Assembly: GCA_937892275.1 (NCBI GenBank)
Contig: CALAVG010000112.1
Span: forward strand, 260-64,259
Source: an uncultured Methanomicrobiales archaeon
GTDB lineage: Archaea > Thermoplasmatota > Thermoplasmata > Methanomassiliicoccales > Methanomethylophilaceae
Length of the DNA stretch: 64,000 nt
Direction of reading: 5' to 3'
The position numbers and the translations under genes were made by a program. A model generated the notes under the pieces. That model was not told the origin of the DNA. It did no database searches and worked only from the letters and a program-made list of their open reading frames with translations. The number at the start of each line of letters is the position of its first letter. Positions within the stretch are counted from its first letter, which is position 1. Below are positions 1 to 8,518 of the stretch, in pieces.

Positions 1-70
1 GGTTAACGGCTCGTCCATCAAAGTAGACAACTGGATTTCTGATACCATTGGTATCGTAGACGGGGGGTGC

Positions 71-886
71 GTGTACAGTACCCTCTTCAAACACCCCGCA
101 CAGGGTCCCAAGGACTACGAGATCATGCTCTCGATGTTCCCACAGGAGAACTACCGCACGCTCACCCACATCACGATGTATCTCGACGATGTCCCGGGAT
201 CGAGCGCACAAGCCGCACATTTCCTTGCGGAGAAGGAGATCAACATCCTCAACTCCGTATCGCTCAACGGAATATCCGATACCGTCATCGTATGGAAACT
301 GATGGCGGACATGAACTTCGCAGGAGAGGGAGAGCTCCTTCTGGAACAGTTCAAATCCCTCAAGGCGGCCAACGACCCGTCCGTCTCCAAGATCAAGAGG
401 ATCGAGCTCAAACCCGCGGACATCGGAAGACTGTTCAAGGGAAAGGTCGAGGAGACCGGAAAGGAGGAGATCAGGCGCGGATACCCCACCACGATCAAGA
501 ACGGATGCTTCGAGATCGGAGAGGTGTACGGGGACATCCTGCCGGACCTCGACGGGAAGAACGTCCTCATCACCATGGATGCAGATTCATGGATATGCTC
601 CATCACATTGTTCAAGGAGCAGACGAGGCTCGTCAAGGTAGGATTGGAGATACCGGACTGCCCCGGAAGCATAACCGAGACGCTCGGGGTCATCGCCGAT
701 TGGAACGTCAACCTCATCTCGGTGTTCAGCAAGGTCAAGATCTGCTACGAGACCATGAGCCTCGAACTGGTCATGGATATCTGCCACAGCAACAAGACCG
801 CTTCCGAGATCAGGGAACTCCTGCCCCAGGAGCTGTCCAAGCTCAACGGTATATTCACGCTCAAAGAGTTCGTAGAACTCATGTGA
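71..886 (+). CDS. ACT-domain-containing protein (two ACT-like domains)
   Basis: 271-aa ORF with ACT signatures 'LDDVPGSSAQAAHFLAEKEINI' and 'IPDCPGSITETLGVIADWNVNL'. Confidence 0.7.
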   Translation: MYSTLFKHPAQGPKDYEIMLSMFPQENYRTLTHITMYLDDVPGSSAQAAHFLAEKEINILNSVSLNGISDTVIVWKLMADMNFAGEGELLLEQFKSLKAANDPSVSKIKRIELKPADIGRLFKGKVEETGKEEIRRGYPTTIKNGCFEIGEVYGDILPDLDGKNVLITMDADSWICSITLFKEQTRLVKVGLEIPDCPGSITETLGVIADWNVNLISVFSKVKICYETMSLELVMDICHSNKTASEIRELLPQELSKLNGIFTLKEFVELM

Positions 887-892
887 GATAGT

Positions 893-1726
893 ATGCGCCT
901 ACCGAAGACATCGATCGCATATCCCTCGGAGATTGAGGAACTGTGGATCGGCAAAGGGGACTACGTGGTAGGAGGAGCAAGGAGCCCTCCCTTCCTGGAC
1001 CTGGACAACGCCAGGCGCCGCAGACCCGTGATATTCGGAGAGGTGTTCGATACTCTGGAGGGTTATCCCGATTCGGCTGCATCGATGTTCTCCGGACGTC
1101 AGACAGACCCGGAGGAATGGGCGGTCATGTGGAAGGAGCTCGGAGCGGACGGGATCTGCCTAAGGCTTACCGACGAGAGCACCGTCGAACTGGTGAGGAA
1201 CGTCACATCGAGGACCAGGCTTCCGGTGATGGTATCGGGAGATTCCCAACTCCTGAAAGAGGCTGCGAAAGAGATCAAGGATTCCGTCCTCATCATCGGC
1301 TGTGCGGACAGGGAACAGAGCCTGGAACTATCGAACTGTTCCAGCGAGCACATTATTGTGGCGAAATGCGATGGCACATCACCTCAGGAACTCTGCAGAG
1401 AGATGAGTGCCAGAGGCGCAAAGAAGATCATAGTGGACCTCGGGAAGGGACTGATGAGTCCCATCCTCGGGGACCTCAGGAACAGGATCGGATCCTACAG
1501 GCTCGACGGCCTGAACGGGGTCGCCGATTCGGATCATATAATCATCTGCGACGTGACCCCGTCATGGGACACACATGGAAATGATGTCACGGCAAGGAGG
1601 GCATCGATGCACGAGGCCACAGTGGCCTTGGCGGTGATGATGTCCGGAGCGGATATCGTTGTGGTGAAAGGACCGGGGGCCGCGGATATGGTCCGCGTAT
1701 TCGGGGAGGAGTTGGCCGACCTATGA
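893..1726 (+). CDS. CdhD/AcsD-like protein (corrinoid Fe-S protein small subunit homologue), divergent
   Basis: 'VVGGARSPPF...RPVIFGEVFD...DPEEWAVMWKELGADGICLRL' and C-terminal 'EATVALAVMMSGADIVV' match the CdhD pattern. Confidence 0.75.
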   Translation: MRLPKTSIAYPSEIEELWIGKGDYVVGGARSPPFLDLDNARRRRPVIFGEVFDTLEGYPDSAASMFSGRQTDPEEWAVMWKELGADGICLRLTDESTVELVRNVTSRTRLPVMVSGDSQLLKEAAKEIKDSVLIIGCADREQSLELSNCSSEHIIVAKCDGTSPQELCREMSARGAKKIIVDLGKGLMSPILGDLRNRIGSYRLDGLNGVADSDHIIICDVTPSWDTHGNDVTARRASMHEATVALAVMMSGADIVVVKGPGAADMVRVFGEELADL

Positions 1727-2361
1727 TAGCGCTCACGATCTCCGATCTCACCGATGCCAATACGGCATGTAAGAGGATAGCCGAGCTGACAAGGAGGAGC
1801 GCAACATCCGGAACACCCGATGCTATATGCATCCGCAACGACAGCTTCTCGGAGGAGCAGTTCTCATCGCTGGCACAGCTAGTCGGAGAACTTTGGGAAG
1901 GCCCTGTAGTCATCGAATCCGATTACCCGACTAACGTCTCCAAGGCCCTGCTCCATCTGATGGACAGGAAACCCCTGATCGTAGGTGCCAACAGGAACAA
2001 CCTTGAGCAGTTCTCTACTATATCGAAGCTGTTCAGATGCCCCATGTGCATCAGCTGCGAGGACATGGAGGAACTGTTCGACCTCGTACAGCAGGCGAAT
2101 GGGTTCGGTGCCACGGACATCGTCCTTGATCCGATGATGAGGAACATGAAGCAGTGCCTCGAATCAAGCACCGACCTGAAGAGGCTCTCGGAGAAGATAC
2201 GGGAAGCCGATCATCCCATAGCCGTAAGGACATGGTCCGGAGAATATGCGATGACCATGGCCATGGTATCGCTCTTGGTCGGAGATGCGATAGTCATAGC
2301 CGACGACCTAGACGGCGACAGCTGCGAGACCATAGGCGAACTCTTGAAATCTATAAGGTGA
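1723..2361 (+). CDS. CdhE/AcsC-like TIM-barrel domain only (no Fe-S domain, no B12-binding domain)
   Basis: 'DAICIRNDS', 'DRKPLIVGA', 'DIVLDP' match the central barrel of CdhE; only 212 aa; ATGA overlap with the upstream gene. Confidence 0.7.
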   Translation: MIALTISDLTDANTACKRIAELTRRSATSGTPDAICIRNDSFSEEQFSSLAQLVGELWEGPVVIESDYPTNVSKALLHLMDRKPLIVGANRNNLEQFSTISKLFRCPMCISCEDMEELFDLVQQANGFGATDIVLDPMMRNMKQCLESSTDLKRLSEKIREADHPIAVRTWSGEYAMTMAMVSLLVGDAIVIADDLDGDSCETIGELLKSIR

Positions 2362-2365
2362 TTCC

Positions 2366-2929
2366 ATTCCGATAACCTCGTTCTCCAGGATAGACACTGT
2401 CACCATTCCTGACAAGTTCATGTCTGTCATCCGCGTCTCCGAAGGACAGGAGATCGACATTGAGGATATCCGCACCAAGCTTGAGACCGACAAGGATTCT
2501 TTGGATTATCTCGGCGTTGCGTCCGATACGGACCCGCTTGACCATCCCGAACTGTACAAGATTATCAAGAGTGTCAGACCCAAGGGGATGAAGGTGCTAA
2601 TCATTACAGATTGCAGGGATCCGACGGCATTCGATGACCTGGTAGGCGCTGGATACGCTCACGCAGCTGACATCATCATAGGAAAGGAACTGACGGATTC
2701 CCAGAGGAGATGCATCTCCATCCTGAAGGACAACAAATGCAAGTTCGCGGTCACCGTCAGCGCGAGGGATCACGACGAGAGTTCACTCAGAGCGGTAGCT
2801 GAAGGATGCGACGGCTGTTCCATGTTCATACTGAAACAGGACAAGGTGAAGCCTCTGAGTAGGAGCGAGATGTCACCTCTGATAGCAGCGGCAAAGAACT
2901 GCACCTGGAATGTGAAGACCATCACTTGA
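2366..2929 (+). CDS. NrdG-type radical-SAM activase-like protein lacking CxxxCxxC (first ATG at 2420; probable ATT start at 2366)
   Basis: 'DPLDHPELYKIIKSVRPKGMKVLIITDCRDPTAFDDLVGAG' aligns by eye with activase 'EPTLQ..L...I..IK..G.KVKLDTNG..P..L..L'; frame open back to TAA at 2354. Confidence 0.55.
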   Translation: MPITSFSRIDTVTIPDKFMSVIRVSEGQEIDIEDIRTKLETDKDSLDYLGVASDTDPLDHPELYKIIKSVRPKGMKVLIITDCRDPTAFDDLVGAGYAHAADIIIGKELTDSQRRCISILKDNKCKFAVTVSARDHDESSLRAVAEGCDGCSMFILKQDKVKPLSRSEMSPLIAAAKNCTWNVKTIT

Positions 2930-4313
2930 CGAACTTCTCCAGGACCGCTCCGAAAGCTGGCCTCAGCGAACGGCTGCTCTCGTTAATGAACATCTGCGGG
3001 ACATCGACCTCATTCTTGAAGCGGTCGATGAGCTTCGAGTCCTTTGTGAATATACCTGCAGAGAGACCGCACTCGCAGTTCTCCAGCTCGGTGAAGATAT
3101 CCTCGACGGAATCGACCACGGTGATGTTCAGGATTGGCAGTCCGAAATCCATGTAATTGAGCTCGTCCTCGGGATCCAGTCCGCATACGGCTATCGGCGC
3201 GACATAGTTCTCTGGAAGCTCCTTGGAGACAGGCATCGCCTTCGCCACAGTGAACGGCATCAGCTGGAGGGCCATGTCCTTGAACTTCTGAGCATCCTTG
3301 TCGCAGATGAGAGGTCCGGAGAATGCGGTGTCGTTCACAGGATCGTCGATCTTCAAATCCTTCATGTACTCCGCCAGGAGGTCGGTGAACTTGGCCTGGT
3401 CCTCGCGTGTGATGATCACCTTCGAAATGGCGAACAGACTCTGTCCGCTGTAATCGAATGCGGATTCCATAATCTTCCTCACGGTGCCCTTCATGTCCGA
3501 AGGCCTGTTGACCACAACAGGGTTCATACCCTTGAGCTCGTTGATGAAGTGCATCTCGTCGTCTATCTGGAGGAACATCATATCCTCCATCCTGTCACCC
3601 GATCCGGATGCGACGATACCGGCCAGACGCATGTCGTTGGCCAGTTCCTGAGTAGAATCGGCCTTCCTGTCCACAACGAGGTTTAGGACTCCGGCAGGCA
3701 GACTGTATTTCTCCATCAGTCCATAGAACAGATGGATCGGCATTGACGTGTACTTGCTTGGGTTCATGACGACGGTGTTACCTGCGACCATAGCCACAAC
3801 GGCGTACGCCACGGGCGAGGCGAACGGGGAGTTGTGTGCAGTGATGATTGCCCAAACACCTTGAGCTCTCCTCCTTCCGAGGGTCTTTGCCTCTCTGAGG
3901 ATCCTCTCTACCGCATCTGCAGCCGCATCAACTTCAGCCAATGCGTCCTCACGGACCATTCCGCTTCCGACAGTGATGGCCGCAGCATAATGAAGCCTCC
4001 TGGCTCTGAGGATACCGGGCAGCGCCTGGAAGAATGTTATCCTCTCATCTATGGGTCTGATGCTCCAGGAATCGAATGCCTTCAGAGCTGCAGTGACCGC
4101 TTCCTCCATCGTTCCCTCGTCCGGTTCCTGGAAGATACCATATTCAATCGTCGGATCGATAGGGCTTGCGATCTTGAACTCGTGACCCGAAGCGACCTTG
4201 AGTCCCCCGAAGTAATTGGGGTAGTCTTTCTTCTCGGAGCTGAGAACGATCATGATCTCATTCTCATACTGCCTTCCTTCTTCGGTTGTCTGGAAATCGG
4301 GAACGTCTGCCAT
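2922..4313 (-). CDS. Aldehyde dehydrogenase-superfamily protein (P5C dehydrogenase-like), catalytic Cys absent
   Basis: Full-length ALDH fold: 'AVTAALKAFDSWS', 'AMVAGNTVVMNPS', 'ELKGMNP', 'GLSAGIFT'; 'SGQSLFA' where GQxC is expected. Confidence 0.85.
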   Translation of the reverse strand: MADVPDFQTTEEGRQYENEIMIVLSSEKKDYPNYFGGLKVASGHEFKIASPIDPTIEYGIFQEPDEGTMEEAVTAALKAFDSWSIRPIDERITFFQALPGILRARRLHYAAAITVGSGMVREDALAEVDAAADAVERILREAKTLGRRRAQGVWAIITAHNSPFASPVAYAVVAMVAGNTVVMNPSKYTSMPIHLFYGLMEKYSLPAGVLNLVVDRKADSTQELANDMRLAGIVASGSGDRMEDMMFLQIDDEMHFINELKGMNPVVVNRPSDMKGTVRKIMESAFDYSGQSLFAISKVIITREDQAKFTDLLAEYMKDLKIDDPVNDTAFSGPLICDKDAQKFKDMALQLMPFTVAKAMPVSKELPENYVAPIAVCGLDPEDELNYMDFGLPILNITVVDSVEDIFTELENCECGLSAGIFTKDSKLIDRFKNEVDVPQMFINESSRSLRPAFGAVLEKFVK

Positions 4314-4557
4314 GATGGACCTACAAGACCCTCCCTAGGATAAAAGACATGCTGGTATCGGATTCGGGTCGACCATTCCGAGAATGTAGGAAACTATGTC
4401 CACTCGTGATACTGGCCCCTGAACATCATGAACCTAGCCATTATGGATATATTTTCCTGGTCAGGCAACTATATCCACTTGAAGTATGGTCCAAAATAGG
4501 CTACGAAAGAAATGGTCCGAGAATCTGGCTGCAGTACGATGATGATGGAGAGGAAAA

Positions 4558-4633
4558 TGGTGGACCCGGCCGGAATTGAACCGGCGACCTTCGCCTTGTA
4601 AGGGCGACGTCATAACCCCTAGACCACGAGTCC
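4558..4633 (-). tRNA. tRNA-Val(TAC)
   Basis: Reverse complement GGACTCG...TCGCCCTTACAAGGCGA...GTTCAATTC...GGGTCCACCA; 76 nt, encoded CCA; TATA-like TTTTATATA about 25 nt upstream. Confidence 0.97.
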
Positions 4634-4679
4634 GATATGTCTCGTGATTAGATGGCCATATATAAAAATTGATGATTTA

Positions 4680-4780
4680 GGAGAAGGCGCGAGCGTGAAA
4701 TGGTAAGGAAAGGAGGAATAAACTCGCCCGCGCCTTGTACATCGCATTTCAGGAATGGAGTTCTGATGGATGGATGTATA
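4680..4780 (-). ncRNA. Candidate two-hairpin small RNA with CU-rich loops
   Basis: 12-bp stem 4684-4695/4725-4736, second stem 4738-4743/4773-4778, TATA-like TTTTAAATAT at 4801-4810. Confidence 0.4.
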
Positions 4781-5006
4781 ATCCTAGTAGGACCTATTAC
4801 ATATTTAAAAGATACCTATGAAATGATTTTATATTGTACCTTTTAGAGCATTTTAAGTTCAAATAGGATGGATGGTATATGTTTTTCACCCATTGAAAAT
4901 AGGCGGGAATGGCCACATCATATCCAGAGAAAGCCCCTGTTTTTTGAACGATTTGATATGGATGGATGCTACATCCATAATAATTCCGAACATTTTGACC
5001 CTCTCG

Positions 5007-5270
5007 TCAGAATCTCGGTCCGTCCCATACATCTTCCATATCCCTGACGAAACCCGCAGCGAACAATGGATAATGCTCGATCCCATCCTCCGATACGTGA
5101 ATGTCGGACCTCTCGAACTTGATCCTTCTCCTGACCTTGAAGAACTTATCGACCTCGTCTATCGACGGAGCATCCCTCGTCTTCCCCGATTTGACCTCTA
5201 TGGCCGCTATGTCCTCGCCCAGTTCTATGATCATATCTATCCCCATCATACCGGGTCCGCTGTTCATGAT
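5007..5270 (-). pseudogene. C-terminal remnant of an AAA ATPase/DUF4143-type protein (PD-(D/E)xK-like tail)
   Basis: 'IDMIIELGEDIAAIEVKSGK...GIEHYPLFAAGF'; the ATPase N-terminus is missing. Confidence 0.65.
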
Positions 5271-5349
5271 CCCTACTGGTGGTAACGAAGGGGACAATGA
5301 GCCAGTGGAGGATCTCCTGACCATGACAGAATCCGCAATTGCGGATTCG

Positions 5350-5841
5350 GGGTTCAACGGAGTGGAAATAAAGGCCATGGCCGACGGAGGGGACAGCTTC
5401 AGGACGTTCTACCTGTTCAACAGGCACCTGGGCGTACAACTGAACTGCCACATCCGCGAGACGGCAAAGCTCTTGAGTGAAGCAAGTTGGGAATCGATCC
5501 AGAAGAAGTATTCTAGCCTACACAGGTGCCCTGGCTTCGATCCGCACAGGAAGAACGACGAACGCTTCGTTCTCACCTTCCTATCCAGGAACGGACAGGA
5601 AGAACTCGTCGGGAAATATTTCCGCAACAAGGAGCTGCACCGTCAGGAGCAGCAGGAATCCTCGGGAATCAAGGACACCGACCGCCAGGTGTGCGAGACC
5701 ATGCACCATTCCATGAAATCATGGCTAGATTTCACCACGGTGAAGCTTCGCCATAAGCTGCGTGAATCGACTCTGAGGTGCAGATTCTTCCTCTCGCAGC
5801 TCCTGAGCGTGATCTTCAAGGGCTATGTGACATACGACTGA
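5350..5841 (+). pseudogene. C-terminal fragment of a DDE transposase
   Basis: 'RQVCETMHHSMKSWLDF' resembles the R-3-E-6-K DDE signature; no N-terminus; left boundary approximate. Confidence 0.45.
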
Positions 5842-6085
5842 GCAGTCAGGATGAAGAAAGGGCCGAAGCGTAGGCCAGTTTATGCTGTTGATACCAGCGA
5901 ATGCTTTCGGCAACTGATTGGTATTGCTCTGTTCGAATAATACTTTCGGTCCGTTTTCCTGCCTTTTGTACTCCGTTAATCCCCCGTAGACAAATAACGG
6001 CCTGATCCACCAACCTGTGTCTCGGACATTAGAGGCGATGATTCGGAATTAATCGCCTAATTCCGAATTCACTGAGGAAGGTAGT

Positions 6086-7732
6086 TTGGGCAAGAGAAGA
6101 AGGGAATCCATAGCAAAAGTGAGCATTCAGACGACATTGTCGTATTCGGAAGTGGAAGAGGTGCCGAACGGGAACAGGACGTTCCCGTACGGCCTTGTAA
6201 GGGCGGTAAGGCATTACCTGGAATTCATAGGGCTCCTCAAGTTCCTGAGGAGCCTTAAGAGGGAAACGTGCTCGGCACCGAGGTTGGACCTCATAGTTGT
6301 GGCGTTGATAGTATTCACTTTGTACGATACCAATTCGATGGATGCCTGCTCTAGATGGCTAGAGGATCCTCAGATCAAGAAGATTCTTGGGTTTAGGAGA
6401 ACGGACAACATCTCTCAAATCACCATAGACCGTGCGGTCAAGATACTAGGCGCCAACAGAGAATCCATACTCGAGATGCTCTGGAAGGGCATAACCAATA
6501 GATTCGAGATAGACAACTATGAAGTTGCTGTGGACGGATCGGCCGTCATCGTATATGGGCCTAAGGCCCGTATGGGGAATCTGGGCCACCCCAGGGACGG
6601 AGGTCCGTCGGACCTCCAGATCGAATTCACCGTCGCTATACTGACGCAGTTGGATATACCGATCTATGTCAAGCCCTTCGAAGGCAACGCCTCCGACGAG
6701 AGACAGTACCGTGAGGCCATCCCCGAGATCTCGGGCCTGATACAAGGCAAAGGGATCAGAGGGATGGAGGAATACAAGAAACAGGCCTTGGAATTGGCCT
6801 CCGTGGCGACAATGGCCAAGGTAGGTGCGATGATAATCGCTGACAACGGAGCCGCCTCCAGCGAGAACGTCAAACGTGCTGAGAAATGTGGCAACGATAT
6901 GTTGACTCGCGAGAAGCTGAACATGTCCGATGAGAGGAACATCATCGAGCACTGTTATGATTTCGAGGTCCTTCCGGACCTCGGAGTGATGTGCTACATG
7001 CACACCTTCGATTCATCGGGGAGGACCAACTACCTCTACTGCTCCCCCGATCTTCTGCAGGCATCGGTGAAGAAGGGATGCAAATCCATCGAGAGGGGTC
7101 TGAGGGATTATCGCTATCTTCAGGAGCACGGGATGAACAGATCGAAGATCGTCAAGGTCAGGAAGGTCCCCGGATACAAGGTCGATCTCTCGATCAGCAG
7201 GGACGAGGATTTCGACCCCGAGGAGTTCACCGAAGCTCGCATCCTCAAGGATGCGAGGAGGAACGCGGGCATCCGCACAGGATTTTTCAAGCTGAGCTGT
7301 ACGGTCCAATTGACACCTGAGGAAGCTCTCAGGAGGTATCGCCAAAGGGCATTGGTCGAGCAGACCATATCCTCTCTCAAGAGGATAATAGGAATCAAAC
7401 CTCTGCGTGTATGGGGGGATGAAGCGGTCGGCGGATCCATGGTGCTGGCCCTGCTGGGAGAGGCCGTCCTGTCGATGGCAAGATACTGCTCAAAGAAGAG
7501 GTTCAAGAACGTGGATAAGAGATCGGGCAAGAAGCAGCTCTCTTATGTGGCTTCCACAAGGACGCTAGCTTCGGAGCTACGTCATTTGACACTTACCCGT
7601 TTCTGCCATATCGGGAAGCGCTTTGACGCAGTCCTGAGCAATTGGACGCCCTTTACAGAGGACGTTTTCGCTGGTATTCATGAGCATGAGAGCCCCGAAT
7701 GGGGCTCTAAGAAGGTCCCGCTCATCACATAA
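6086..7732 (+). mobile_element. IS-type DDE transposase (IS1634/IS4-superfamily-like), apparently intact
   Basis: 548 aa, TTG start; 'VAVDGS', 'FEGNASD', 'IIADNG', 'YRQRALVEQTISSLK', 'IKPLRVW'; element ends not resolved. Confidence 0.85.
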
Positions 7733-7874
7733 TCCTCCATGAACGGGCAAGAAGCACCCATGTGCAAATTGGGTACTTTGAATCAAACCAGCGGATGCTC
7801 TCGCGCAATGTGTGCGCGCATATAGTAAGATGTGTTTAGGTCAGGGTGAATCAAAGGTTACGAGAAGATAGAGA

Positions 7875-7950
7875 TGGTGGACCCGGCCGGATTTGAACCG
7901 GCGACCTCCGCCGTGTGAAGGCGACGTCATAACCCCTAGACCACGAGTCC
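7875..7950 (-). tRNA. tRNA-Val(CAC)
   Basis: Reverse complement GGACTCG...CGCCTTCACACGGCG...GTTCAAATC...GGGTCCACCA; 76 nt. Confidence 0.97.
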
Positions 7951-8190
7951 GCGATTCCTCCTAATGGGCATTTGATATAAAAATGGCTGGGCCGATGATC
8001 TAAGAGGCCAAAGAATACACCGAACATCGATCACCGAAAGCAATTCACTTTTATTGACGAAGACGTATCTGGAACTCATTCCTCTCTTCCTTCAGAACGA
8101 AAATCTCTGATGCGACATTGTAATGCCTCACCTTCCTGACTATCTTCCCCACTACGTCAGTAGCCATTCCGTTGGTGGTGATGACAACGA

Positions 8191-8460
8191 TCACGTTGTG
8201 GGTCTGTCCAGATGTTTCTTCTTGGCCTTTATATTCTCATCCGTCACGACCATACTGTAGATGATGAAATACATCTGGTAGACTGCAAAGGGGAGGTATA
8301 CCAGAAGCATACAGGTAAGCGCAATCTCCACGGGATCGATGTTGAAAAGGTCTGGAAACAGCATCGATTGGTCAATTTCATTAGACTTGATAAAACAATC
8401 TGAATCCGACGATGTGATCGGCTCGATTGCTGAATGACAGAACGTTGAAGCATCATTCAA
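8191..8460 (-). CDS. Small hypothetical membrane protein
   Basis: One hydrophobic stretch followed by a basic tail; start uncertain. Confidence 0.35.
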   Translation of the reverse strand: MNDASTFCHSAIEPITSSDSDCFIKSNEIDQSMLFPDLFNIDPVEIALTCMLLVYLPFAVYQMYFIIYSMVVTDENIKAKKKHLDRPTT

Positions 8461-8518
8461 AAGCTGTTATATATCGAAGTAACCACTGATTTCTATAGTA
8501 TACCCCTACCTAAGGGAA

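Noticed and set aside
5101..5841. 246-aa ORF as one real gene
   Set aside because: Its N-terminal part is antisense of the ATPase remnant; only the C-terminal part looks transposase-like
4558..7950. tRNA-Val pair as attL/attR of an integrated element
   Set aside because: Both copies are full length with different anticodons and their own promoters, and no integrase lies between them
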